Assembly: GCA_002269645.1 (NCBI GenBank)
Contig: NIVC01000080.1
Location: forward strand, 124,001-188,000
DNA from: Macrostomum lignano
Taxonomy: Eukaryota
DNA: 64,000 nucleotides
Reading direction: 5' to 3'
This document shows positions 1 through 28,541 of this stretch, piece by piece. Both the position numbers and the translations under genes were made by a program. Positions within the stretch are counted from its first letter, which is position 1; each line of letters starts with the position of its first letter. The notes below the pieces were generated by a model. The model was not told where the DNA came from and did no database searches. It saw only the letters and a list, made by a program, of their open reading frames with translations.

Positions 1-369
1 AAGTCCGTATACTTTAGGGCGAAATGCCCTATTTTGCAGGTTCAGTCATATGCACCTAGTCGGTTCCGTAATTTATTTTAATCGCATCCCAGGACCGCAG
101 GAATTCTCTCTGCGTCATGTTGATGTCACTTTGAATAAGCCGTCAAATCGTTCAACAATCTTAGCATTTCTTTCAAGTGAAAAAGAAAACATGGGACAAT
201 CGGGAACAGATAGATAGGGAGAAAAATGTCATGATCATTGCGCTTGAAAAGAAAAACAGCTGTTCTCCAGTTTGCTCTCCGCATCGGGTTTGGTCAGTGC
301 AGTTAATTGATTGACTTTTTTTAGCTGGGATCGCTTTTTATTCAAGTGTGAGCCATGGATCCTGAATTA

Positions 370-505
370 TGTGAGAGGGGTGTTTCAACAGTAACGAGAA
401 TTTTGGCATAACTTTTGAATGGGTGAGCTTATCAACTGAAAATTCAGTTTTAACTTTATGAGCCTGTATGCATCAGTGATATCTGACAGGAAAATCGAAT
501 GATTT
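370..505 (+). mobile_element. Partial copy of the mariner-like MITE seen in full at 36517-36908
   Basis: gagaggggtgtttcaacagtaacgagaattttggcataacttttgaatgggtgagcttatcaactgaaaatt...catcagtgatatctgaca aligns by eye with the left end of 36517-36908. It runs almost directly into the 20-bp array. Confidence 0.55.
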
Positions 506-519
506 TTCAAAAGTACATT

Positions 520-1303
520 GTTTCCCATTTGACACGAGTGTTTCCCATTTGACACGAGTGTTTCCCATTTGACACGAGTGTTTCCCATTTGACACGAGTG
601 TTTCCCATTTGACACGAGTGTTTCCCATTTGACACGAGTGTTTCCCGTTTGACACGAGTGTTTCCCATTTGACACGAGTGTTTCCCATTTGACACGAGTG
701 TTTCCCATTTGACACGAGTGTTTCCCGTTTGACACGAGTGTTTCCCATTTGACACGAGTGTTTCCCATTTGACACGAGTGTTTCCCATTTGACACGAGTG
801 CTTCCCATTTGACACGAGTGTTTCCCATTTGACACGAGTGTTTCCCATTTGACACGAGTGTTTCCCATTTGACACGAGTGTTTCCCATTTGACACGAGTG
901 TTTCCCATTTGACACGAGTGTTTCCCATTTGACACGAGTGTTTCCCATTTGACACGAGTGTTTCCTCTTTGACAGGAGTGATTCCCATTTGACTCGAGTG
1001 TTTCCCATTTGACAGAAGTGTTTCCCATTTGACAGAAGTATTTCTCATTTGACAGAAGTATTTTCCATTTGACGGAAGTGTTTCCCATTTGACAGGAGTG
1101 TTTCCCATCTGACAGGGGTGTTTCCTATTTGACATGAGTGTTTCCCATTTGACAGAAGTGTTTCCTATTTGACAGAAGTATTTCCCATTTGACAGGAGTG
1201 TTTCCCATCTGACAGGAGTGTTTCCTATTTGACATGAGTGTTTCCCATTTGTTACAAGTGTTTCCCATTTGACATGAGTGTTTCCCATTTGGCAGGAGTG
1301 TTT
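520..1303. repeat. 20-bp minisatellite (TTTCCCATTTGACACGAGTG)n, about 39 copies
   Basis: Exact 20-bp period, homogeneous at the left and degenerate after about 960. It explains ORFs 385..1008, 473..1288 and 507..1088. Confidence 0.97.
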
Positions 1304-2019
1304 GACAATGACTACGAGGCTATCTTAGCATGATTGTACGCTCGTAGCTTAATCAAAGCAAGTCCTAAAAAACTCCTTTGAGTTCAGGTAAACATTAAAA
1401 AAAGCCAACACAATGATTAACCAAATCAGGTATTGAATGTGGAAATTATAACTAAACTATGAAAGAAATGATTGCTCGCAAAATGAGAACTGCGCATTAG
1501 TAAGCACGAACACTGAAAGGTAAGCGAGTCAGTATATATTTAGTATATTTAGATATAGTAGGATTATTATTCTCGGGGAAAACTGAAGAAAAGCATTCAT
1601 GTTTTTACAAAGCTAAAATTGAACAAAAATCGTCGCAGAACGTAGCCAGAAATAATAAAATATCAAAGCAGCTATTTCATAAAAAGTTATTACATTGCAA
1701 TACTACCGTATCAATAAAGAAAAATTTAAGCAAATGTAAAGACAGATAAGGAAATAATTTTCACTCATTGAGAAAATTAATTATTACATTCACCGATATG
1801 TGCAGCAAAATACAAAGAGAAAGTGGAATAAATTCGAGAATAATCTATACTTTCCCTACTTACTTAAGTAGGCATAGTCGAACGTGTGCAAGAAATAATA
1901 ACAAATAAATTCTTATGTATGCGGCCATGCGAACCAGAGGGAGAGGTCAATCTGCACCTGGACCACATCAGCAGCTGGAGACAGCGTATTATTTAACAGC
2001 GGAGTTTAAAGTCTGCTCT

Positions 2020-2100
2020 ACCGAAAATCTAGCAAAAGTCCGTCTAAAAACTATTCAACGCGCAATGGAAATGAAATTAATAATCGATAAGATTGCCCAA
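2020..2100 (+). pseudogene. Possible small fragment of a non-LTR (RTE-like) retrotransposon C-terminus
   Basis: The peptide AKVRLKTIQRAMEMKLI resembles the KL-x-TQRAMER motif of RTE-clade LINEs. No other RT motifs are seen nearby. Confidence 0.25.
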
Positions 2101-2146
2101 TACCGCTAGGAATTTGTGCCGGACTAGCAATAGGTCAGGCAGGTAG

Positions 2147-2472
2147 GTCAGGATGGGTCAGGGTAGTCAGGATGGGTCAGGGTAGTCAGGATGCGTCAGG
2201 GTAGTCAGGATGGGTCAGGGTAGTCAGGATGCGTCAGGGTAGTCAGGATGGGTCAGGGTAGTCAGGATGCGTCAGGGTAGTCAGGATGGGTCAGGGTAGT
2301 CAGGATGCGTCAGGGTAGTCAGGATGGGTCAGGGTAGTCAGGATGGGTCAGGGTAGTCAGGATGGGTCAGGGTAGTCAGGATGGGTCAGGGTAGTCAGGA
2401 TGGGTCAGGGTAGTCACATGGGTCAGGTTACTCACATGGGTCAGGGTTGTCAGGATGGGTCAGGGTAGTGAA
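2147..2472. repeat. 19-bp minisatellite (GTCAGGATGGGTCAGGGTA)n with alternating GGG/GCG variants
   Basis: Visible 19-bp period, about 17 copies. Confidence 0.95.
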
Positions 2473-2758
2473 GATAGTATTTACGTGTTCAGATGGTGTC
2501 CAGAGAGTAGAATAGTCAATGGGTCGTGGGAGCTGCATGGGTCAGGGTGGAAGAGTTAGGCTAGTCGGGAGGGTTGCAAGGCATGTGTAAACAGAACATA
2601 ACAGAAGCGATTAACAGAAAGTTTCGAGCACAAATCGAACAAATGGCAAGGTTACTACTTATAGTAGTTTAAGACAAGTTCATTAGTTCCAATTTGGCGG
2701 CTCAGCTCTGTGAGAAAGTGGATCAATTATTGGATTCATTGAGCTTGCTGTTAGGTTG

Positions 2759-18355
<15,597 letters not shown>

Positions 18356-18798
18356 TTTTATTAAGCTCAATTTCCTAACCCTTATGTAATTTTGCTTAGA
18401 AAACTTGCTTCAGAGTTAGAGGTTGCAAGAATTTAGTGAAGGAAATTTTCTTGCTTCCGTTTTCGCTTTCGCTTTTGCTGTAGGATTTGGCTCGGAGTGG
18501 GGGTGTCTGGCCGCGTGGTAAAGCACTGCATCTGGCGGAACCAATAGCTAAAGAGAGAGGCCTTGATCTGCGGGTCTCTTTCCCTCCGTCTGTCCCTCAC
18601 TCCCTCTCTCTAGCCTTATCCGTCTCTAGTCATTGGCTCATAGACTGCTCGAGAGACATTCATGGACAACTAAAGCAGAAGAAGCGCATTGGCAAGGATC
18701 TTATATTAGGAAGTTTCCAAGTTTGTTTAACACTAAAATTCACAATGTCTCACCTTCTGGACTTTCAAATACAAAACGGAGCAAGTCTTCCTCAAAAC

Positions 18799-19040
18799 GG
18801 AGAGGAGAGGAGAGGAGAGGAGAGGAGAGGAGAGGAGAGGAGAGGAGAGGAGAGGAGAGGAGAGGAGAGGAGAGGAGAGGAGAGGAGAGGAGAGGAGAGG
18901 AGAGGAGAGGAGAGGAGAGGAGAGGAGAGGAGAGGAGAGGAGAGGAGAGGAGAGGAGAGGAGAGGAGAGGAGAGGAGAGGAGAGGAGAGGAGAGGAGAGG
19001 AGAGTAGAGGAGAGGAGAGGAGAGGAGAGAAGGAGAGGAG
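18799..19040. repeat. (GAGAG)n pentanucleotide microsatellite upstream of the PRDM14 start
   Basis: Directly visible. Confidence 0.98.
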
Positions 19041-19146
19041 ATGTAGAGAAGAGAGCTGAAAAGAGACACAAACCTTGAGCGGACTGCTATTGCGAAGTTT
19101 CAAAGGACCCCACGAGGGCCGGATAGTGTCTCTGTGGGATCGTCGA

Positions 19147-19409
19147 ATGTATGTCTGGGATGTGTGAGAATGTGTTGGAATGTGTGGGAATTTGTGGGAA
19201 TGTGTGAGATTGTGTGGGAATGTGTGGGAATGTGTGGGAATGTGTGGGAATGTGTGGGAATGTGTGGGAATGTGTGGGAATGTGTGGGAATGTGTGGGAA
19301 TGTGTGGGAATGTGTGGGAATGTGTGGGAATGTGTGGGAATGTGTGGGAATGTGTGGGAATGTGTGGGAATGTGTGGGAATGTGTGGGAATGTGTGGGAA
19401 TGTGTGGGA
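19147..19409. repeat. 10-bp minisatellite (GGAATGTGTG)n
   Basis: Exact 10-bp period. Confidence 0.98.
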
Positions 19410-19947
19410 TCGTAGAGTTCTCTGTAGAATATATAAATGAGACTTATCTCATTGATAAATTTTCTCATTAAAAAACTCTGATTTTCAAGAGTTGCAAGCG
19501 TATAATAGCGCCCTGCCTTAGTCGTTTATGACTCCATGAAGACATGTGCGTACAGTCTGTCTTTGCCCGAGACTCTGAGAGAAAGTAGTACAGTTTTTGT
19601 TCGTCTCCGGCAATTACGAGCTATTTTCCTTTCCCGAAATGGCGATGCGGAGTCAGAGTGACAATTCAGGATTTATTGCTCCCCCGTCTTGCACTGAAGT
19701 TCTGCAGTCGTCAATAAATAAACCTCTGCATTGGCCTGCAGACGCTGTCTGCACAGGTTTTTTATGTTAATTTAAGACGCCTGGATTTTATACTTTTACT
19801 GGAAAGCTTAAACTCATTGAATAGACTGGCTTGCCTATCTTAGTGAGCAGAAATCTACACTATTGCCCTACTTCCAATATATCTCCCTAAAAGTGCTTTA
19901 TTATTAGGTTCATAAGAAAACCGCTGTCTCCAGAAGCACTGAGCTGG

Positions 19948-20510
19948 AGTTAGGAGAAGTAGCTGAGTTGGGAGGGATCCCTGAGTTTGGAGGGGTCGCT
20001 AAGTTGTTGAGTGGTCGCTGAGTTGAGAGGGGTCGCTGAGAGTTAGGAGGGGGTCCCTGAGTTGGGATAGGTCGCTGAGTTGGGATGGTCGCTGAGTTGG
20101 GATGGTCGCTGAGTTGGGATGGGTCGCTAAGTTGGGATGGTCGCTGAGTTGGGATGGTCGCTGAGTTGGGATAGGTCGCTAAGTTGGGATGGGTCACTAA
20201 GTTGGGATGGGTCGCTGAGTTGGGATGGGTCGCTGAGTTGGAGGAGGTCGCTGAGTTGGAGGAGGTCGCTGAGTTGAAGATCACTGAGTTGAAGGTCGCT
20301 GAGTTGGGATGGGTCGTTGAGTTGAAGGAGGTCACTGAGTTGGGAGGGTGCTTGAGTTGAGGGAGGTCGCTGAGTTGAAGGAGGTCACTGAGTTGGAATG
20401 GGTCGCTGAGTTGGAGGAAGTCGCTAAGTTGGGAAGTGTCGCTGAGTTAGGATGGGTCGCTGAGTTGGAAGAAGTCGTTGAGTTGGGGGAGGTCGCTGAG
20501 TTGGGAAGTG
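19948..20510. repeat. Degenerate 17-18-bp minisatellite (GTCGCTGAGTTGGGATGG)n
   Basis: Recurrent GTCGCTGAGTTG core with variable spacers. Confidence 0.9.
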
Positions 20511-21316
20511 TCGTTTTGTTGCGTCACAGTGGATTTATCTGACTGAATCCGTTAGGATCTCTGACTGTTCATCTTCAAATTTCGGCGCTCCGCCCCCACT
20601 CTGCAGGCCTCTTCAAATCAGGCATGGAGTTATCAGGCTGAAATTTGCAGAAGTGAAGGCGCTTCAGAGCCATTGCGGTGGCTATTTGTGCTTTCTTTTT
20701 GCTTGGCGGTCAGATTAGAACATTTGGATATTTTGGGACCGACTTCTTCAGAAAAGGAATGTCTGAGCTTTTAAGATGATGGAACGCGTTTCTGAAAATA
20801 TATTTCCGCCCATTTCCAGTTTGTAAACAGAAAGCCAATTTCATGGAAGATAAAAGCACATCCGGTGTTCAGGTAGCAACACCAGCTTGAAAACACCACA
20901 TCCAAGTAAGCGGGATGAATTATGGCCAGTACGAGTATTAGGTGTGAAAGACATCAGACTCTTATCTCTACTTAACTCTTGTCATTATTTTATCAATCTA
21001 TAAATCAGTTAGTCACTGATGCGTAAACACCATGCGGTGAAGTCCTGCTTTTGCAATTGGATGATCGCAAGAGAACTTGTGGGACTGAAACTACATTCAT
21101 CATCCATTATTATTACCTGTTAATTGCTAACAAGTGACTATTTTATACACAGGAAGCCAAAATAGTTGAAAGAGCAGTTTGTCACGGGCCATTGTAAACA
21201 AATTAGTATATAGTTAGCGCTGAGTAAATGGATGCTTTTTTGATGAGACCTAAACAAGCGACGACAATGGTGTGGAAACAGTACTGTGATTCCCGGCTGT
21301 ATAAAGAACTGATGGA

Positions 21317-21790
21317 CAGTGGCGGCGCAGGACCTCCAGCTGGGGGGGGGGCGGTGGTTGGGTGGTCACCCCCCCCCCGGCTGGGTGGTCACCCCCAGAA
21401 AAACGTCCTCAGTAAAACAAAACAAATGACAAGATTTCATTTTAAAAAACCGGTAAGTATCTATAAACAATGTTTTAAGGGTTATAAAACCTATTCCAGC
21501 TTTCCAAAATCGTTAGGATTCGTTATCGCCCAGGCCCTGTTCGCGGTTCGCCCTCAAAGGGTGACCACCCACCCTTACAGCCTACAGGCCCTACCGGGTG
21601 ACCACCCCCCTGAGGTCTCAGGTGACCACCCCCATGCCCCATGGGGTGACCACACTTTTGAAAAAATATGGTAAAGTACCAATTTTTTTAAGTGGGTGGT
21701 CACCCCCTGGGGTTGGTCACCCCCTGAGGGTGGTGAGGGGTGGTCACCCAGGGGCAGCCCGCCCCCCCGCCCCCCCCTGCGCCGCCACTG
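21317..21790. mobile_element. hAT-type MITE, 474 bp
   Basis: Perfect 15-bp TIRs CAGTGGCGGCGCAGG / CCTGCGCCGCCACTG, perfect 8-bp TSD CTGATGGA (21309-21316 and 21791-21798), and many subterminal GGTCACC/GGTGACC motifs. Confidence 0.93.
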
Positions 21791-21902
21791 CTGATGGAGA
21801 CTGAGGGCTCAAGGATTTACAATGATAGGTTACATGTATCTATGCACTGCATGCTTCCCAGTTGCCACATTCTTAACTCATCTGGCGCCCGCAATTTCCT
21901 GA

Positions 21903-22228
21903 CATGGCGCTTCGTTACCGATCCTCTGGCGCCCGGTTGCCTTACATGGCGCTTCGTTACCGATCCTCTGGCGCCCGATTGCCTTACATGGCGCTTCGTT
22001 ACCGATCCTCTGGCGCCCGATTGCCTTACATGGCGCTTCGTTACCGATCCTCTGGCGCCCGATTGCCTTACATGGCGCTGCGTTACCGATCCTCTGGCGC
22101 CCGATTGCCTTACATGGCGCTGCGTTACCGATCCTCTGGCGCCCGATTGCCTACATGGCGCTTCGTTACCGATACTCTGGCGCCCGATTGCCTACATGGC
22201 GCTTCGTTACCGATACTCTGGCGCCCGA
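21903..22228. repeat. 42-bp minisatellite (CATGGCGCTTCGTTACCGATCCTCTGGCGCCCGATTGCCTTA)n, about 8 copies
   Basis: 42-bp period. It abuts the inverted repeat copy at 22240. Confidence 0.95.
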
Positions 22229-22239
22229 CGGAGGCTCCA

Positions 22240-22439
22240 TGCAGTTTTAACTGTTTGGGATTTGGTTTTGAGGACTCTGTTTTTCTTTGAACTTTGGTTT
22301 TGCAAGGGGGCTGACACGTTTATAAGTCTCTGTTTTATGGTTTACCTAAGCATTCGTTCACTTAATTTTAGTCTTGTCAGCGCGGCCTCCGCCCGAGAAA
22401 TCTGATCTCTCCTTGTTGTGCACCGCTCTGTCAATTTCT
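22240..22439 (-). mobile_element. Interspersed repeat, right (inverted) copy of 16832-17035
   Basis: Reverse-complement identity to 16832-17035. It carries only one unit of the 39-mer. Confidence 0.9.
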
Positions 22440-25075
22440 TCTGTCCAAGTATTTTCTTTGTAGTATCGATGAAATTTACAGTGCAAAATTTGTCTTAGAT
22501 GAACTGCTCCTTTTCCCAATGCATCATCTGTGCTATCCACTCAACAGGTGGCGTAACTCACTACGAGTATCTATCGTTACAGCTCCGACCACTGCACAAA
22601 TTTCTGTAACCTTCACAAAAGTCAAGATCGCCCTCCCCCTGTCGCACAATATCCTGATCTGAAGTATAGGCTCTTTTCGTGAGATCAGACTCAGTTTTTA
22701 ATTTTACAGGCTGCATAAGCAGAGGTCGCTATCCGAAAAGGCATTCACTATAGGTGACAAATGTTCAGCTGATATTATTGAAGTCAAGGCATTTTTACTA
22801 ATTATACAACAGACCTGGAAGCCTTGCACAATAATTAATTAACGTAAGGAAATGCGAGACTTTTACGAGCTACTCATATAGAGAAGAACACATAAAATAG
22901 CCAGAGATAGGGAGAGAAGCGTGAGTCTGAATGCGAAGCTGGGCCCTCCCACAGCGTTGATTACTATGTAGCCAGAGGCCGGCAGACAGCGAGAGAAAGA
23001 GCTGATGAAAGAGCAGCAAGTGTAAGGCTGCAGCAGCGGGGTCAATTAAAATATTAATTCCCCACGCGAGTCAAGGGTCTGCTTTTAAAAAGACTAGCTG
23101 CATACAGAGCGAGTCAGATAGCCTGCAGAGCGCGAAGCCTTCTGAGTTGCACGGGCTTGATTCTCCCAGCTGCACGCTAACACTTGATCCCTTGGCTCCC
23201 GCTCCCCGCAACCCTGTCACTCACAACACGATTTGGAGGCGAACGGACAGACACACTGCCGGACGCTGCTAACCCAATAAGGATGCTCTCTCGTTGCCCA
23301 ATCGCCATTCCCCTCAGCGTGAAAGATATCATTTTCCTTCCTCGTCCTAAGGCAGGTCTTTTCGTGCAGCTCGGCCTCTTCTGCACTGCATAGAGTGACT
23401 TGGATTCGCCTTGAAATTAGGTCCGTCTCTCAAGGGACTCCTTTCTATCATGCAGAGTGAAGGCTGCACGGACGCCAAATAGTGATGTGATGAGGCGCGC
23501 AGCGAGAGGTCTCGTGGGGTGGGTGTTTCCGCATCTAATCGCGACCTGAATCCCAACAACCGATATGGGAGCAGCTCTCTCTTCAGGAGAATTAGGTAGG
23601 ATTATCCCCAGAAAACGCACGGACTCTGAGTCCTATACTGTCCAACTAAATTATCGAATGAAACCAGCTTGGTGCTTCAACTACGAGCGTACATGTAGAT
23701 CTTCAACATTTACATGCTCGAATTGTATACATCCTTTTCTCGGCTCGGTTCAATTCTGCGTACCTCTCAGATGTGCAGACCTAATTAGAGTTCAAATGCA
23801 CCAAGAATGCCTAGCACCAAAGTCTGGTTTAACAACTCATTCGACTCCTCATTTTGATCAGGCAACTGTAGACAGTGTTTTAGTTTTTAGCTCGTAATGC
23901 ACATCAAATAGGCGAGTACCTGAGTCATATTTTACTTAAGTTATCATAGCATAACGGCTTGATTGAATCGATTTTTTGTAGACTCGGGGGCATTACTCGT
24001 ATTTTCCTCATTTAATTAAGTAGACTAAAAAGAATTTACTTAAGAGGTTTTTAAGAACTTATTACAAGATTAGTTGTGACGCAGGAAATTCCTGACCGAT
24101 TTGCAATTTTAGGGTCACGCCACATTCACCTGAGCTGCACATGCACATGCTTAGATGAGCCTGTTCCCAATGGTTGGCTGTTTTGTAAAAATGAAGACAA
24201 ATTGCGACTAAAAACCAGTTCCAGAGTTCCTGAGCCAGTTTAAGGCTCAGTTTCAAAGTTTGTATCTGTATAGCTCTCTGTACGAGCGAAGTTGCTCTCA
24301 TTGGCAATTGTACAAAAAAGTATCCACCGTTAAAAGAGCTGAGGCTTGTTTTTGAATTTGAATAATTCTTTTATTGCGGTATGCATGAAGTTATAGCTAT
24401 AATAGACAAAAGGCAGCAGGAGCACTTTCATATTTTTTTGTGGATAGCGACCTACAAGTATATATAGGAGCATCATGTACTGACATATCGATCTGACAGC
24501 TTAATTTGATGAAAGCGTCAAAGCAAGGCAAATATAACAAAAAATAATGTTCAACTGCATCCTATCGAGGGAGACATGACCCCTGTAGCCACCCCTCTGG
24601 ATTCACCATAACCACTTTCAGGTAATTAAACGTGTGCTCTACCAGGCCATGCATATTGTACAGTGTAATGTACAACCATCTGTACAGTTTTTTTCTGGGT
24701 CAGCACTCTGCCGATCCGTTCCTTGTTGTGCAAAGCTTGGGACAGCTTGACTCGGCTAAATTAATGGGATGTCCGTGTGGTAACAGAAAGTCAGTCCGGG
24801 ATATAATCACTTGTCTTAATTCCTTTCCATACGCGTTCTTGTCGTGATCGAAATCTGTACAATATGCATGCGTATCCCTGTTCATGTAGTTCGTCGTACA
24901 TATGTATAATACATGCACATGTACGCCACATGTTATTTGCATTAACTTCATTTATTTCACATTCCATTGAACTGCATAAAGCCATGCAGCTGTGCTGAGG
25001 CTGTTCTTAACGGAGCCGGGGACTTATCCCACTGAGCTGAGCTTCAGAGCTTGGCGTCAGTGCTGCTCAGGCCTG

Positions 25076-26714
25076 CCCGGCGGTAAAAATCATATCGAAA
25101 TGACGTCGATATTCGCCTTTCAAAAACTGGCGACAAATGAGTAGTCGTTTGAACCTTCATTCGACGTCGAAATTTCGATATGAATTTTTTTATCTTCTTT
25201 TTTGCAGAATTGATCTTTATTAATACTTAAAAAGATTTTTTTTAACCTGATTTTTAGTTTACTGAAATGATCAATAAATTCAGTAAAACGGACACAACAT
25301 TTTTTGTTTCAACGCAGCGCGAGAAACACATTTTTTAAAAATATCACCATGCGATGTCGATCGATTATTTTTCAAATTGCAGACTTCCAAATTATTTTTC
25401 TGCGATCCATACGTAAATCTCTAGCTAAGGTATACTTTGTGTGACACACATGGCAGTTTGCATATCCTTTCAAATTGCGTTTCATTATTTTTGCCGCTAT
25501 TAATGTGTTATAAATTATGCGTTTAAAGTTCAATGTTTTATAATACTGTTGCCTGTAGGTTTAATCTTTTATACAGGATAAGTGAATTAATAATAAAGTA
25601 GCCATAAATGAGCAACTTTTTACGTTTTAAGTACAGCCTATTGGAAATTATTATAGCTGTAACATTTAATAAACAGTAACAGATTTAACTTTTATAAATT
25701 TAATACGAGCAAAACTCTATAAAAGAATATTTTGTTTTAAAACAGTTTTTAAGACATGTATAATTTTAGCTTAAATAGTAGCTATATATATTTATCCCAT
25801 TTCTACATTCTTTATTTCATTATTCATTCTAATGAAAATTTGTTACATTCAAAAATAAAAGCATAGCACACACCCATAGCTGCTCATGAAATAGAACAGC
25901 TATAAACATAGAACATTGTATAGTATTTTACTTGTTTACTAAAGCCACTTGCTTACTCTACCAAAAATTCCAGCAAATGCCCCTCTGTCAACTCGGCGGC
26001 TGATCGTGAGGATGTCCTACGTGTCCGCACAAGACGCTTTTTAAGGGCCACTAAAAAGCTGAATTTCCGTGAGGAGTAACCGTGCAGACGCCGTTGATTT
26101 TCAGTGTTTCCCTTTCACGATTCCAATTTGTTGAATTAATGTAGTTGCATTTGTTGCCATTGTTGTTCCTCATTTTTCCATCGTTTGCTTTCTGTTCTGA
26201 TAGCTTGATGCTATTTCTATGATCGTTTCCAATTGCTGGTGAGTTGAATACACCTGTATACTATTTCATGGTTGCGGGAATTGCATCTGGTTTGGATAGC
26301 AAATGAAACGTCATGCAGCCTTGCTTGGTTTAAAATTTCTTTCCTACGTACTTAGGTAGATTAGTGACACTGTATGTCTATGAATTTAGTCAGCTTAGTG
26401 ATCGTTTGTAGTTCGTACATGTAGTTCGTCAGTTTATGACTATTGTATGAAACAAATTAATGTCGTAGTACATCAATATTATTAATATAAGCTGTACATA
26501 CATAAAAAATCGACAATTTGTCGAAAATCGCTATCTACTTGCTGTCATCACGAATATGAACGACGTCGACTTTTCGCCATCAATAGTGGAAAACGCGACG
26601 TCGCATACTCGATATCTGATGGCGAAAATTTCGACGTCGAAATCGTGGTTCAAATCGACATGAAATTTCGACGTCGATTTTCGACGTCATTTCGACGTGA
26701 TTTTTACCGCCGGG
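25076..26714. mobile_element. Non-autonomous DNA transposon, 1639 bp, CACTA/EnSpm(CMC)-like
   Basis: TIRs CCCGGCGGTAAAAATCATATCGAAATGACGTCGA / TCGACGTCATTTCGACGTGATTTTTACCGCCGGG (2 mismatches in 34 bp), 2-bp TG flanking both ends, repeated subterminal TCGACGTCGA motifs, and an AT-rich non-coding interior. The superfamily call is inferred from the CCC ends and the 2-bp TSD. Confidence 0.8.
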
Positions 26715-28472
26715 TGGTATTACAAGTATAGGCCTATTATACAGAATGAGCTACATACATAACATGTACATGTATATACGAATATGTAGCTCCAGACGGG
26801 AGATGAATAATAACAAGATGTTGACTGTGGCGAGTGCTACATTACAACCAATATACAGCATTCCGTCGTCTATCGATGGCAACACTTACCCGGCTTTGAT
26901 GGACATCTATGATACGAAAATACGGGTATACATATCTAGCCAACGGTTCTAGCGTAGTAGTAGTAGTAGTAAATTTGGCTCAGGCAGCGTCGACGGATGG
27001 CGACAAAATTAAAAAACAACCATTTTACCTTTTGCACAAAAAAAGTTGTATAAGAATAATAGTATTTTTAACTGTTGATTATATGTTTTTGAGAAGTTAA
27101 TAAAATGTAGTGTTTAGTTACTTATTTGTTTTCAGTTCTGCTTTTTTGTTAAAATACACGCATTTTATCGCGTGTGTTTATTTTGATGAAAACCAGGACA
27201 TTTTAAGTTAAAATGGATATCGACAACACGACGACAACCCACACGTCGGGTCTCATATTGACATTGGGACAGTGCATCACTCTGAGGGACAGGTATGACA
27301 GCCTGGTAGGTGTCATAGGCGTGGACCTGGACCTGGACCTGGACCTATGTAGACCCCATCCTAGACCTACACCTACTGGCCTGTGTTTCTTGTTAAGTTG
27401 TTGACTTATGAGGCATCATAAACAGCAGTGATTGGTGATGAACTTACAGATTAGGAGACAAGCTGCCAGGATTGTATTGGATTGCCACTATTCAAAAATC
27501 TTATGTTGGTTTTATTCCTCTGTAGTGGCCACTGTTAGTGTTATTCCAGGAAGTGTCAACACAAACGAAAAATATTTTGCATCTTGCATGCACTTTGTCT
27601 TTGTTTATGCTCTAAAAAAATGTTCTAAAATTCTAAAAAATAGATAAAAACCTGCAAACTACCTAATTAGTAAATACACTGTTTTCTTCATCTTTAAAAG
27701 TTATTTGTCCAATGGCAACATGAGAGAGATAGTTGTAGATTTAGTAATTTTAAAAATAAAAATATTTTAATTTAAAATAAGTAATCAATCATTTTCTCCA
27801 GTTAGTTACAACTAGGATGATGACTTATTTTTCAATAAAACATTCAATTCAATACAAAAACATTTTACTTTTTAAACAGGTAGGCCCTAGTTGTTAATAT
27901 TGAGATTTTGTTTAAGATAAGATCAAAACAGAACAATAAGATTCAAAACAAGATACTTCTAATGTTCAAAGACTTCATTAGTAGATAACTGCCTGCTGAA
28001 GACTGCCAGACCCATAGGCATAGCCATTAGAAAACAAGTTCCAGTGCTAAAACTCTAGCCATTGCCATAAAATATAGTAGGTTATAATAGGCATAGTGGC
28101 TTATTAGTGGCTAATATAACAAGTTCTTTTTTTACAATGGAGGGTAAATTAAAAAATGGACATTAGTTAATATATAATAATATATGACAAAAAAGCCAGA
28201 GCAATTGTGACATAAACAACTATAAAACAAGATAAAAAAATAAACTTTTTAATAAAAATATAGTTGATAGGCTGGCATAACTATGATTTTGTTTGTTATT
28301 ATTTTATTTAAAAAAGTGACAAGTTATTAGAGATTACGACAAACTGTATTAAGAGAAGTTCAAATTAGAGTTCGAAGTCACGAGAAAGATAATTAGAGGG
28401 GATAATAATGTCATACCCAGTAGAGAAAGTTGCCAAACACATTCTGTGGATATAGATAGCACCATTTTTTTA

Positions 28473-28541
28473 TTGCACTTGGAATCGAGCCTGGGTCGCT
28501 GGCACACCAGAGCAGCTGCGCTACTGCTGGGCTACGGCCCC
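28473..28541 (-). mobile_element. tRNA-derived short repeat (SINE head or tRNA pseudogene), copy 1
   Basis: The minus strand reads GGGGCCGTAGCCCAGCAGTAGCGCAGCTGCTCTGGTGTGCCAGCGACCCAGGCTCGATTCCAAGTGCA, with A/B-box-like motifs. It is homologous to 33528-33598. Confidence 0.6.

Noticed and set aside
385-1288. Long ORFs with MGNTRVKWETLVSNGKHSCQ repeats
   Set aside because: They are translations of a 20-bp tandem array, open in all three minus frames simply because the unit has no stop.
520-1303. Regular short repeats superficially like a CRISPR array (also 16996-18105 and 54855-57470)
   Set aside because: Units are head-to-tail with no unique spacers, there are no cas genes, and the context is eukaryotic.
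22900-23900. GC-balanced region with several short ORFs on both strands (for example ...GNGDWATREHPYW...)
   Set aside because: No consistent exon chain or recognisable domain. It may be an old transposon fragment and is left unannotated.
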